This document shows positions 16,947 to 26,465 of a DNA stretch of 32,000 nucleotides, one piece after another. How positions within the stretch are numbered: the first letter of the stretch is position 1; each line of letters starts with the position of its first letter. This DNA is from Pseudodesulfovibrio piezophilus C1TLV30. Its GTDB lineage: Bacteria; Desulfobacterota; Desulfovibrionia; Desulfovibrionales; Desulfovibrionaceae. The stretch spans positions 1,800,001-1,832,000 of the forward strand of contig NC_020409.1 of assembly GCF_000341895.1 (NCBI RefSeq), in the 5' to 3' direction. The notes below the pieces were generated by a model. It did not search any database. It was given only the letters and a program-made list of their open reading frames with translations, and had not been told where the DNA came from. The translations under genes and the position numbers were made by a program.

Positions 16947-17426
16947 ATGAAAATAGCGGTGATCTCCGACACGCATATGGGCACCCCGTCCGAATGGCTT
17001 GATCAGGTCTATACGACGTGGCTTGCTCCCGCAGATATTCTGGTCCATTGCGGCGACATCACATCCCCTGCCACCTGGTCCTATTTCATGCAGCACGACA
17101 ATTTCTTCTGCGTTCGCGGGAATTGCGATTGGGACCCTCAGCTGGTTGACCAGTTAAGCCCTATGATTTCCACCCAAATAGGTGACCTGACTCTCGGAGT
17201 AACCCACGGATGGGGGCCGCGTTCGCATGTCGCATACACCGTGGCCGAGGCTTTTGGTCCGGGATATGACCTCGTGTGCTATGGGCACACGCACCGAAGG
17301 GATTGGTCAAGACTCGGAGGGGTGCAACTTGTCAACCCCGGCTCTCTGGGAGAATCCCATTCCCTGGCAATCGTCACTGTTGCAGAAGACGGCGACATGG
17401 ATTGCGAATTCATTGACGCGGGATAA
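16947..17426 (+). CDS. YfcE/MJ0936-family metallophosphoesterase
   Basis: MKIAVISDTHMG, CGDI, GNCD and YGHTH motifs. Confidence 0.85.
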   Translation: MKIAVISDTHMGTPSEWLDQVYTTWLAPADILVHCGDITSPATWSYFMQHDNFFCVRGNCDWDPQLVDQLSPMISTQIGDLTLGVTHGWGPRSHVAYTVAEAFGPGYDLVCYGHTHRRDWSRLGGVQLVNPGSLGESHSLAIVTVAEDGDMDCEFIDAG

Positions 17427-17584
17427 TTCTCTCGCACGATTCTATTCGAACCACCTTTTCTCTCTGTAAAAAAACATGCTACGATACCGCTCGGGCATCA
17501 GCACACTCATTCGGAAAACCCTGCACAGATAAACGTCCTCTTCGAGTCGAAGGACCAATCAGAAAGGGAAGGGTGTGAGATCGA

Positions 17585-18142
17585 TTACTGATCAAGCAAT
17601 GGGAATTCCCGACGTTCTGAATAAATCGGACCACTCGAGGTCAGCAGGCTTTCCCACAAGACCATGCCCTCAACCATGAACGACGGCCAATCCATGGCAG
17701 TCTCAGGAGAGAGATATGCCAAATCGCGCTTCTGCCACGCCGAAAAGCGGCCAAGTGTAAAATGGCAGGTATACATCCCGACCCTGGGGGCTATCCCACA
17801 AGCAACGAGCCGAGCGTCGACTGTCCGCGCCAGGGATTCGCACTCATGAGCACCCGCACCAATCCCGAGCCAAAGAATTCGAGGATGCCTCAAATCCGGG
17901 AAACAACCAATCCCATGAGGTTGCACGACGAATTGAGGAAACCGTACCAATGCCAAAACATCGGCAATTTCCTCAATCCGGTTCAATTCAACCTCACCAA
18001 GAAAGCGCAATGTCACATGGCTGTTCTCCGGCTTGATCCACGTGACTCGCGAGACCATTTGGGCACTCAGAATCGATATAAGATTTCGAACTTTTTTGAT
18101 ATATGATGAGGGGACCGGAAGTCCGACAAAGATTCGGGGCAT
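17585..18142 (-). CDS. thpR: RNA 2',3'-cyclic phosphodiesterase (2H family)
   Basis: Start at MPRIFVGLPVP with AGGAGG 5 nt upstream (the longer ORF starts with GTG and overlaps rdgB). Two HxTx motifs: SHVTLRFLG and CHFTLGRF. Confidence 0.85.
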   Translation of the reverse strand: MPRIFVGLPVPSSYIKKVRNLISILSAQMVSRVTWIKPENSHVTLRFLGEVELNRIEEIADVLALVRFPQFVVQPHGIGCFPDLRHPRILWLGIGAGAHECESLARTVDARLVACGIAPRVGMYTCHFTLGRFSAWQKRDLAYLSPETAMDWPSFMVEGMVLWESLLTSSGPIYSERREFPLLDQ

Positions 18143-18186
18143 GCGTTCCTCCTGCATCAACTTGCATATGGAGAGAACCGGAAAGA

Positions 18187-18795
18187 TCAGCGCTGGGCCT
18201 TTTCCCAGAACTCCGGCCACAGGGTCAACAGTTTCCGCATTGCTTTGCCACGGTGTGAACGTCCATTCTTGACCTTGGGGTCCAATTCAGCAACATGCAT
18301 GCCCGATTCCGGGTCCACGACGATGACATCATAGCCGAAACCACCCTCTCCCTTATACCCGTGCGCAACCAGAATCTCATATGCGCCATCAGTGTCTATT
18401 TCCACCCCATTGGGCGCAGACGCGGCCATGACACAACGGTATCGACCTGTTCTTTCCGCTTCGGAAACACCTTTCATTGCAGCCAGCATCTTTTCGTTGT
18501 TGGCATGGTCATCGCACTGTTCACCAGCGTACCGGGCAGAATACACACCGGGCCGACCATTCAGGGCATCGACTTCGATACCAGAGTCATCCGCAACTGC
18601 CACCAACCCGGTCTTTGCAGCAACAGTTCGCGCTTTGATAAAGGCATTTTCCCGGAAGGTATCCCCTGTTTCGGGAATCTCACCAATTTCGGGAAATTCG
18701 GACAGACTTTTCACGGTCACACCAAAAGGCTCCAGCATCACTGAAAGCTCTTTGATTTTGCCTTTGTTGTTGGTCGCCAGGACAATGGTACTCAT
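18187..18795 (-). CDS. rdgB: dITP/XTP pyrophosphatase (Ham1/RdgB)
   Basis: IVLATNNKGKIKEL start, ..DDSGIEVDALNGRPGVYSARY, FGYD and SHRGKA motifs. Confidence 0.95.
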   Translation of the reverse strand: MSTIVLATNNKGKIKELSVMLEPFGVTVKSLSEFPEIGEIPETGDTFRENAFIKARTVAAKTGLVAVADDSGIEVDALNGRPGVYSARYAGEQCDDHANNEKMLAAMKGVSEAERTGRYRCVMAASAPNGVEIDTDGAYEILVAHGYKGEGGFGYDVIVVDPESGMHVAELDPKVKNGRSHRGKAMRKLLTLWPEFWEKAQR

Positions 18796-18836
18796 AGGAA
18801 ATTCCCCTTCAGAAAGTGTTGGTCAGGGGCATTTCA

Positions 18837-20369
18837 TTACTCGGACTCGTCCTCTTCCGCAACCGCAAGAAGAGGCGGAAGATAGAGAGTGACCTTGGTC
18901 CCCACTCCTTCCTTGCTCGTGAGTTCCACGTTGCCGCCAATCTCGTCGACGATCTTTCGAGTCTGGGCGAGGCCAAGCCCCGACCCTTTCCCTCTGGTAG
19001 AAAAAAACGGACTGAAAATCTTCTCCCGAATATCCAGAGGAATGCCGTGCCCTGTATCCTCGACCGTCAGCACAACATAATCCGTTGTCATAGCCGTGGT
19101 CACCAGCAATTTGCCTCCACTTCCCATGGCCTCCAAACTATTTTTAACCAGATTGATAAGGCACTGCTTGATCAGGTCCGGGTTGGCTTTGACCTTGGCT
19201 GCTGTCTCATCAAGATCGATCGTCGCAGTTACATCCTGATTCTGACACGGCAGACTCATGACATTCATGGTCGTGGTCACCAGTTCATTCAAATCGACCT
19301 CAGCGACCTGGGCTTCTGTCGGTCTGGTAAAATTCATCAGGCTTTTCAGAATCGTATCAAGCCGTTTGGATTCATCCAAAATGATAGAAAGCTTTTCCCG
19401 TGCCTTTTCATCTATACTCTCGGACCGGATCAATGAATTGGCAAAACCGCTGATGGTAAAGAGGGGATTCCTGATCTCATGCGCCATATAGGTGGAAAGT
19501 TCCCCGATGGAAGCAAGCTTCTCAGCCTGCTGAAGACGATGTTCCATGGATGTTCGTTGTGTAATGTCACGCCTGATCGCGACCACATGGTTCACTGCCC
19601 CATCCTCATCAAAGATCGGATAGGTGTAAATACGGAAATACTGCATCCGGCCGTCACTATCCACCGCATTGGTCACGGTTTCCGCCGGTTCGCCTGTTTT
19701 CAATGTTCGGGCAAAGGGGTCTTTCTCATATTCACATTCCGGGGAGTCCACCCCGGAAAAAATGGAACAATAGTTCCGGCCCATGAGCGTTTTTTTCGAG
19801 GCCTTCATACGGTCCAGAACAGTCTTGTTGGCATCATGGACCCGCCCTTCCCTATCAAGGAAGAGAATCTCCTGATCAAGCTGATCAATAATCGTTTTGA
19901 GCATATTCTGTGTATGTAGCAGGTCAACCTTGCATGCCACCCACATCTTATCCGAGGTCAAGAGCTTGATAAAAAAGCTGGCAGCATCTTTCTCCACCAG
20001 GGTGACGCTGGGAGACAGATAATTGCGTAATTCATGGACAAGGGCATTGCGCCCGGTCGCCTCGATGACCATATTGATCTCAGGGTGACTATCCAGCATG
20101 GCCCGATAGCTCGCATAAGTAGGGATGGCATCTGCGTCATCCTGCAACTCAGGAAGGACGCTCTGTCCCGGAAGCGCAGCGGCGACTACTCCTATCTCCC
20201 TGAGAGCTTCAACATTACTCTGCTCCTTGAACATCTGCCAGAATGTCAGTAGAGCCGGTATATCGCCGATGACGCCAATAATGTATCGTTTATCGCGATT
20301 CAGTTCTGAAGACAGCAATTTGACCTCCTGTCCGAACGTGGTGCACTCTTTTTTCGCCGCGCAAAACAT
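18837..20369 (-). CDS. Cytoplasmic PAS-domain sensor histidine kinase with an atypical N-terminal domain
   Basis: H-box HEIRNPL, N-box LVKNSLEAM, G1 DTGHGI and G2 GSGLGLA. A PAS-like region lies around residues 160-275. No TM segments. No response regulator gene is adjacent. Confidence 0.9.
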   Translation of the reverse strand: MFCAAKKECTTFGQEVKLLSSELNRDKRYIIGVIGDIPALLTFWQMFKEQSNVEALREIGVVAAALPGQSVLPELQDDADAIPTYASYRAMLDSHPEINMVIEATGRNALVHELRNYLSPSVTLVEKDAASFFIKLLTSDKMWVACKVDLLHTQNMLKTIIDQLDQEILFLDREGRVHDANKTVLDRMKASKKTLMGRNYCSIFSGVDSPECEYEKDPFARTLKTGEPAETVTNAVDSDGRMQYFRIYTYPIFDEDGAVNHVVAIRRDITQRTSMEHRLQQAEKLASIGELSTYMAHEIRNPLFTISGFANSLIRSESIDEKAREKLSIILDESKRLDTILKSLMNFTRPTEAQVAEVDLNELVTTTMNVMSLPCQNQDVTATIDLDETAAKVKANPDLIKQCLINLVKNSLEAMGSGGKLLVTTAMTTDYVVLTVEDTGHGIPLDIREKIFSPFFSTRGKGSGLGLAQTRKIVDEIGGNVELTSKEGVGTKVTLYLPPLLAVAEEDESE

Positions 20370-20420
20370 GGGCGAGTAACCAGTTTAATACATTGAGACG
20401 AACATTTCAAAGGAAATGAC

Positions 20421-21749
20421 ATGAATCAAATGTCCGATTTCGTGATAAAAGTACATACGGTCAGTCTTGGCTGCCCCAAAAACAGAGTCGACACCGAACG
20501 ATTGCTCGGCACCCTCGGGCAGGCCATGGTCCCGGTTGAATCCATTGCCGAGGCAGACCTCACCGTCATCAACACATGCGGCTTCATCCAACCCGCTGTG
20601 GAAGAATCCGTCAATACGATCCTTGATGCAATCCGCGAAGTTGCCGAATCCGCAGAAACATCAAATAAAACTCCTCTGATAGCGGTTGCGGGATGTCTTG
20701 TCAGCCGCTACGGACAGGATCTCAAGGATGAACTCCCTGAAGTGGACCTCTGGCTGAACACGGAGGAAATCGGCCTCTGGCCCGAGAGAGTCTCCCGTGC
20801 TTTCGATGCGCCCATGGAGACTGACACGCCCAGGAGACTTTCCACCGCACCAAGCTATGCCTACCTCAAAATCAGTGAAGGATGTTCACACAACTGTCAT
20901 TTCTGTACCATCCCGTCCATTCGCGGTCCGCACACAAGCTGGCCCGTGGACGTCCTTGTCAGGGAAGCTGCCGAACTGGCGAAAGCCGTGCCGGAGATCA
21001 TAGTGGTCGGCCAGGACTCCACCGCCTACGCATCGGACCTCGACAATGGAGACAACCTGCAACGCCTGGTTTCCGGCCTGGCAGCACTTTCTTCGCTCCA
21101 ATGGCTCCGCATCATGTACCTGTACCCTGCCGGGTTGACGGAAAAACTTTTGCAATTCCTCAAAGACATCGGCGACCCCTTTCTTCCCTACTTCGACATC
21201 CCACTCCAGCACGCCCATCCGGACGTCCTTTCTTCCATGGGACGCCCTTTTGCCCGCAATCCGGAAAAAGTCATTGATCGCGTTCGTTCCTTCTTCCCGG
21301 ATGCGGCCCTACGCACGACCTTCATCGTCGGCTACCCCGGAGAAACAGATGCCCACTTCGATCACCTCATGCGTTTTGCCGAAAAGACCCGCTTCCACCA
21401 TCTCGGCGTCTTTCCCTACTGGGCCGAAGACGGCACACCGGCAGCCGCCATGGACAATCAGGTGGATGATGCCGTCAAACACTATCGACGCGACGCCCTC
21501 ATGGAACTGCAAGGCGACATCAGCGAAGAGATTCTGGAGCAGTATGTTGGCGAGACCCTTCCCGTCCTTATCGAACGCCCTTCACCGGAATGGCCAGGTC
21601 TCTATCTCGGCCGTACATGGTTTCAGGCTCCGGAAGTCGATGGAGTCACCTATGTCAGTGCACCACCGGACAGCGAACTGACCCTTGGCTCCATCGTCAA
21701 TGTGGGAATTGAAAAAGCTGACACCTATGATCTTTCAGGGTTGGTCTAA
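20421..21749 (+). CDS. rimO: Ribosomal protein S12 methylthiotransferase
   Basis: N-terminal VSLGCPKN, radical-SAM CSHNCHFC and a C-terminal TRAM-like domain. Confidence 0.95.
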   Translation: MNQMSDFVIKVHTVSLGCPKNRVDTERLLGTLGQAMVPVESIAEADLTVINTCGFIQPAVEESVNTILDAIREVAESAETSNKTPLIAVAGCLVSRYGQDLKDELPEVDLWLNTEEIGLWPERVSRAFDAPMETDTPRRLSTAPSYAYLKISEGCSHNCHFCTIPSIRGPHTSWPVDVLVREAAELAKAVPEIIVVGQDSTAYASDLDNGDNLQRLVSGLAALSSLQWLRIMYLYPAGLTEKLLQFLKDIGDPFLPYFDIPLQHAHPDVLSSMGRPFARNPEKVIDRVRSFFPDAALRTTFIVGYPGETDAHFDHLMRFAEKTRFHHLGVFPYWAEDGTPAAAMDNQVDDAVKHYRRDALMELQGDISEEILEQYVGETLPVLIERPSPEWPGLYLGRTWFQAPEVDGVTYVSAPPDSELTLGSIVNVGIEKADTYDLSGLV

Positions 21750-21793
21750 ACCGTTTCAATGCTCCGCTCATCGCTTCACCCACAAGGAAAGTC

Positions 21794-22336
21794 ATGCCCT
21801 CAACAATAGACAATACCCGCTTTGTCGCCATTGATTTTGAAACAGCCGATTCCAAACGCGACAGTGCCTGCGCTGTCGGGCTTGTGGTCGTCGAAAATGG
21901 CGAAATAGTGGCCCGCGAATATCGCCTCATTCGACCACCCCGAAAAAAATTCAACCCCTACTGCGTCCGCGTCCATGGCATTTACTGGGAAGATGTCTGT
22001 GATCAACCGACCTTCGGCTCTCTCTGGCCTGAACTGGAACCCGTCTTTCACGGTGCGGATTTCATCGTGGCGCACAATGCCTCCTTCGATAAATCCGTCC
22101 TCCATACATGTTGCCGTGATACGGGTTGGGATGCCCCACACCAGCCTTTTCTCTGTACAGTCCAGCTTTCGCGCAAGACATGGGAACTGCCCTCCAACAA
22201 GCTCCCCAGGGTTTGTGAGCATCTCGGCATTTCCCTGGACCACCACCATGCGGCATCGGATGCAGAGGCCTGTGCCCTCATCGCCGTGAGCGGCCTGCGC
22301 GAAAACCCGGCCTTTCTAAAAAAGGTTCTCCCGTAA
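21794..22336 (+). CDS. DEDDh 3'-5' exonuclease (DnaQ/epsilon-like, stand-alone)
   Basis: FVAIDFETA (Exo I), VAHNASFD (Exo II) and HHAASDAEA (Exo III with His). Confidence 0.85.
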   Translation: MPSTIDNTRFVAIDFETADSKRDSACAVGLVVVENGEIVAREYRLIRPPRKKFNPYCVRVHGIYWEDVCDQPTFGSLWPELEPVFHGADFIVAHNASFDKSVLHTCCRDTGWDAPHQPFLCTVQLSRKTWELPSNKLPRVCEHLGISLDHHHAASDAEACALIAVSGLRENPAFLKKVLP

Positions 22337-22400
22337 GAGCCACAGGCAAAGCTGCCATGATGCCCGCAGCTTGCATCGCTTTTCACAGTACAGTGGCTTA

Positions 22401-22444
22401 CAAGAATCCCCCTGAAAACATCTCTGTTTTCAGGGGGATTCTTG
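22401..22444. terminator. Perfect 20-bp hairpin between convergent genes (terminator or REP-like element)
   Basis: CAAGAATCCCCCTGAAAACA - TCTC - TGTTTTCAGGGGGATTCTTG. Confidence 0.55.
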
Positions 22445-22573
22445 TTAAAGGCCCACTCTGTTTCAAAAATGCCGCAGGCTGACCAGGATTTCCAAAGGGG
22501 GCGTGCCCTTTGACCACCGGAGGTTAAATCATCCGACAATCCCGCAACGACGGCTCCTCCAATGAATTCCCTG

Positions 22574-25396
22574 CTACGCCTTGGGCCAACTGGCTTCATC
22601 AAGCAGGAACATAATGTTTTTATACGGTACCTTACCGTGCAGAGAGAGACCTATTTCACATGTCCGAGACGTCGAGTACCCGACGGTACATCCCTCGAGT
22701 TGCTCAGAAAGGCGATTCAGAGCCGCCTCGTTCAGTTCAGGATAGTTGAAACCACGGTCTCCCGCAAATCCACAGCAGTAGATATCGTCCGGCACCACGA
22801 CTTCGCGGGCGCAACGCCGGGCGAGATCAGCCATGGTATCTGCAAGCCCCATCTTGCGCGAGGAGCAGGTCACATGCAGGGCAACACGCTTATTCACCGG
22901 TGTCAATTCCAACTTATCGAGCAGATGAGTCAAGGCAAACTGAATCGGCTCCATCAAGGTCAATCCCTTGATGTGCTCCTGCATCCGGTACAGACAAGGG
23001 CTGGTGTCACAAAGAATGGGATACTTTCCATCCTCGCTGGCTGCACGCAAAGCAACCTCAAGTTCGGCCAATTTCTTGTCGGCCTGTTCCATGAACCCTT
23101 TGCTCTCCCACGGCTGACCGCAACAAAGCGTATTCATCTTGTCTGGATAAATGACTTCGTATCCTGCTTTGGTCAGGATGCTGAGGGTATGATCCCGCAA
23201 TTCGGTCTTATCCGGGTCATGTTTTTCCACCCCCATATGTCGGGCGACACAACTGGGGAAATAGACAACTTTGAGCGCACTCCGAGGCGTTTCAGGATGC
23301 GTGCCTTGCTGCACGACACGCGGCATGGAAGTATTCCAGCGAGGGATATGTTTGCCGGAGTAGGTATGCAAAGCTCCGGTCACTGTATCCATGACCTTGT
23401 CTCCAAGCACATCATGAGCCACACCAGCAAGCTTGAGGTCCACTTCAATGAACCGGGTCGTAGGCCCAAATCCTTTGGCCGCCAGTGAGGCAACTGCTTT
23501 TTCCCATGTACCACGAGCCCATGAACGGTACACCTTGATAAATTTACCTGTGTCGATGGAAACCGGGCACCGCAGAGCGCACAACCCATCAGCGGCGCAG
23601 GTGGCCTCTCCCTCGTAGTCGAAGCTCTTCTTGAACTGCTCAAGGGCATCCGGGAAGTCGGTCCCTTCTGCCTGGACTCGGGAAAGCTCCCGATACGTCA
23701 CGATACGTTGACGCGGAGTCAGCGTCAGCTCCCTTGACGGACATGTCGGTTCGCAGAATCCACACTCGATGCAACGGTCGATAATGTCATGGGCCACTGG
23801 CAGCGGCTTGAGATCCTTGAGGTGTGCTTCCGGGTCTTCATTGAGAATGACGCCGGGGTTGAGCAATCCCTTGGGGTCAAAAAGCTCCTTGATATCTTCC
23901 ATGAGTTTATAAGCATCGCGCCCCCATTCCAACTCCACAAAGTGAGCCATGTTGCGCCCGGTGCCGTGTTCCGCCTTGAGCGACCCTTTGTATTTGTTGG
24001 CCACCATGTCAGTGACATCATCCATGAAGGTCGCGTAACGGTCGATTTCCTTCTGAACATTGAAATCCTGAGTAAACACGAAGTGCAGGTTTCCCTCCAG
24101 GGCATGGCCGAAGATAATTGCATTATCATACCCGTTTTTCTTGAACAGAGCCTGCAGATCAAGGGTCGCTTCTGCCAGTTTTTCAGTGGGGAAAGCCACA
24201 TCTTCAATGATGACGGTCGTCCCGGCCTTGCGCACGGCTCCAACAGCAGGGAACAACCCACGCCGGACATTCCACAGCACGTTGAATTCAGCGGGTATGG
24301 CCGTAAACTCATGAGGGATTACTGCCGGGAGTTCCTTGACTGCCCCGAGAATGGCATCGATCTTCTGTTGCAATTCCGCTTCAGAGGCAGCACGGACCTC
24401 CACAAGCAGAGCACTAGCTTCGGGCGCGAGCGATGCGAGCCCCTCGGGCATGCCGTCCTTGTCCTGAACCGAGGCCAGGGATGCCCGGTCCATAAGCTCG
24501 GCAGCGGCGACTTTCTCCTTGCGGCAGATGTGGGCGGCCTGACAGGCTGACTCGATATTCGGAAAACGCATCAGGGCAGAGGCCTTGTGCGGGTGTTCAA
24601 CCACGGTGCGATAGACGACCTTGGAAATGAAAGCGAGCGTCCCTTCGGAACCGACCAGCAAATGCTGCAGGATATCGAAAGGATCTTCAAAATCCACGAT
24701 GGCGTTGAGGCTGTAGCCGGTGGTATTCTTGATCTTGAACTTCTTGCGAATGAGTGAGGCCAGAGATTCATCCTCGATCACCCGTTCCCTTAAGCAGGCC
24801 AGCCCCTCCAATAAAGCTCCATGCGTCTGGGCAAAACATTTTCGACTCTGGGGATCCCCTGTATCAAGAATGGTCCCGTCCGCCATGACAATACGCATTG
24901 AATCAAGAGTCTTGTAGGAGTTTTCCGCCACGCCGCAGCACATCCCAGAGGCATTGTTCGCCACGATACCACCAATCTTGCAGGTATCGATACTCGCAGG
25001 ATCAGGTCCGATCTTCTTGCCATGAGGAGCCAATATCCGGTTGGCATGACTCCCGATGATGCCGGGATCTAGGGCTATCTTCGTTGCATCATCCAGAATT
25101 TCGAAATTCCGCCATTCCTCACTCATGCGAATAAGGATGGAATCGCTGATGGCCTGACCGGACAAGGATGTTCCGGCCGCACGAAAAGTCACCGCCACCC
25201 CATGCCGATCGATAATTCTGAGAAGCTGGACAATCTCGTCCTCACAGTCGGTATCGACCACAATTTTCGGGATCAACCGATAAAAACTGGCATCCGTGCC
25301 ATAGGCCATGGTGCGTAGCGCATCGGTGTATATCCGCTCTTCAGGGATAATGGTCTTGAACTCCTCATAGATACTATCATATGGTGCAGATAACAT
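22574..25396 (-). CDS. FAD-binding oxidase fused to a 2x[4Fe-4S] domain and two CCG domains (YdiJ / Dld-II-like D-lactate or D-2-hydroxyacid dehydrogenase)
   Basis: 940 aa with an AAGGAG ribosome-binding site. FAD_binding_4-type AAGTSLSGQA. Ferredoxin motifs CIECGFCEPTCP and CAADGLCALRCP. CCG motifs LCCGQPW and YCCGFAGDRG. Confidence 0.9.
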   Translation of the reverse strand: MLSAPYDSIYEEFKTIIPEERIYTDALRTMAYGTDASFYRLIPKIVVDTDCEDEIVQLLRIIDRHGVAVTFRAAGTSLSGQAISDSILIRMSEEWRNFEILDDATKIALDPGIIGSHANRILAPHGKKIGPDPASIDTCKIGGIVANNASGMCCGVAENSYKTLDSMRIVMADGTILDTGDPQSRKCFAQTHGALLEGLACLRERVIEDESLASLIRKKFKIKNTTGYSLNAIVDFEDPFDILQHLLVGSEGTLAFISKVVYRTVVEHPHKASALMRFPNIESACQAAHICRKEKVAAAELMDRASLASVQDKDGMPEGLASLAPEASALLVEVRAASEAELQQKIDAILGAVKELPAVIPHEFTAIPAEFNVLWNVRRGLFPAVGAVRKAGTTVIIEDVAFPTEKLAEATLDLQALFKKNGYDNAIIFGHALEGNLHFVFTQDFNVQKEIDRYATFMDDVTDMVANKYKGSLKAEHGTGRNMAHFVELEWGRDAYKLMEDIKELFDPKGLLNPGVILNEDPEAHLKDLKPLPVAHDIIDRCIECGFCEPTCPSRELTLTPRQRIVTYRELSRVQAEGTDFPDALEQFKKSFDYEGEATCAADGLCALRCPVSIDTGKFIKVYRSWARGTWEKAVASLAAKGFGPTTRFIEVDLKLAGVAHDVLGDKVMDTVTGALHTYSGKHIPRWNTSMPRVVQQGTHPETPRSALKVVYFPSCVARHMGVEKHDPDKTELRDHTLSILTKAGYEVIYPDKMNTLCCGQPWESKGFMEQADKKLAELEVALRAASEDGKYPILCDTSPCLYRMQEHIKGLTLMEPIQFALTHLLDKLELTPVNKRVALHVTCSSRKMGLADTMADLARRCAREVVVPDDIYCCGFAGDRGFNYPELNEAALNRLSEQLEGCTVGYSTSRTCEIGLSLHGKVPYKNIMFLLDEASWPKA

Positions 25397-25606
25397 GCGA
25401 ACTCCTTTTTTGAGACTCCCCCGGTCGAGTCAACCGCCGCCGGGATTCACACCGTAGCACATGACAAACCTAGGAAACAATACTACTTTATAAAAAGACA
25501 GCAACAATTCTGCGGCTTGGCTTTCCCCTCTTCGCCGTGTATCGTTCATGACTTGATCCCCTGCTCTCTGGCAGAAAAAAACATCAGGAAAGAAAACAAC
25601 GCAACC

Positions 25607-26377
25607 ATGCACGATTCCAAAGTCTATTTCATAGGAGCCGGCCCAGGTGACCCGGAACTCATTACGGTCAAGGGGCAGCGGCTGATCGCTGAGGCCGACC
25701 TTGTTCTCTATGCGGGCTCGTTGGTCCCTCAAGCCGTGGTCGCCGGAGCCGGCAAAAACGCCCGCGTGGTTGATTCAGCTCCCCTCAACCTCGAGGAAAC
25801 CCACGCTGTGATGATGGAAACCCTGGCTTCGGGGGGGGGAGTCGCTCGCGTGCATACAGGCGATCCATCTCTCTACGGAGCCATTCGAGAACAAATGGCT
25901 CTTCTCGATCGCGATGGGATCACCTACTCGGTGATCCCCGGCGTCACAGCCGGTTTTGCAGCTGCGGCTGCGGCCTGCCGTTCATTCACCATCCCGGAAG
26001 TGACACAGACACTCATTTTCACTCGGCTGGCCGGAAGGACCCCCGTACCCGAGGCCGAGAATCTTCGTGCTTTGGCAGCACATGGGGCCGCCATGTGCAT
26101 CTATCTTTCCGCCGGAGACCCGGAGGGTCTCCAACATGAATTGGAAAAGGGAGGACTGTCACCACAGACAGCCATTGCCATGGCATACAGAGTTGGCTGG
26201 CCAGAGGAACGTCTCATCCTGACAGAACTGGGGGCATTGGCCCAAACTGCCAGAGAAAATGAATTGACCCGACAGACCGTTTTTCTGGTCCTGCCCGGAC
26301 AGGGGAAGCTGGATGCTGGAGAAGCCAGGTCGCTTCTGTACGACGCGGGATTCGAACATGGATACAGAAAACCCTGA
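25607..26377 (+). CDS. cbiF: (Cobalt-)precorrin-4 C11-methyltransferase
   Basis: Start at MHDSKVYFIGAGPGDPELIT. The LYAGSLV motif is characteristic of CbiF/CobM. Confidence 0.85.
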   Translation: MHDSKVYFIGAGPGDPELITVKGQRLIAEADLVLYAGSLVPQAVVAGAGKNARVVDSAPLNLEETHAVMMETLASGGGVARVHTGDPSLYGAIREQMALLDRDGITYSVIPGVTAGFAAAAAACRSFTIPEVTQTLIFTRLAGRTPVPEAENLRALAAHGAAMCIYLSAGDPEGLQHELEKGGLSPQTAIAMAYRVGWPEERLILTELGALAQTARENELTRQTVFLVLPGQGKLDAGEARSLLYDAGFEHGYRKP

Positions 26378-26465
26378 GCGATATTCAACAACAAGGCGAG
26401 GCCATGCCGCACAGTTGCGCTAATCGGCATATCAGTACACAACGTGACACGATAATGATGACGAT

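Noticed and set aside
22562-24550. 308-aa and 253-aa plus-strand ORFs antisense to the 940-aa dehydrogenase, and the similar 200-aa ORF at 30310-30912 antisense to truA
   Set aside because: All are in the same codon-aligned antisense frame as the previous case. They have no ribosome-binding sites or motifs. The sense-strand genes are clearly real.
25397-25606. Possible cobalamin riboswitch upstream of cbiF
   Set aside because: There is no B12-box-like sequence (..AGYCMGgAgaCCkGCc..) or GCCACTG motif in the 210-bp leader on the plus strand.
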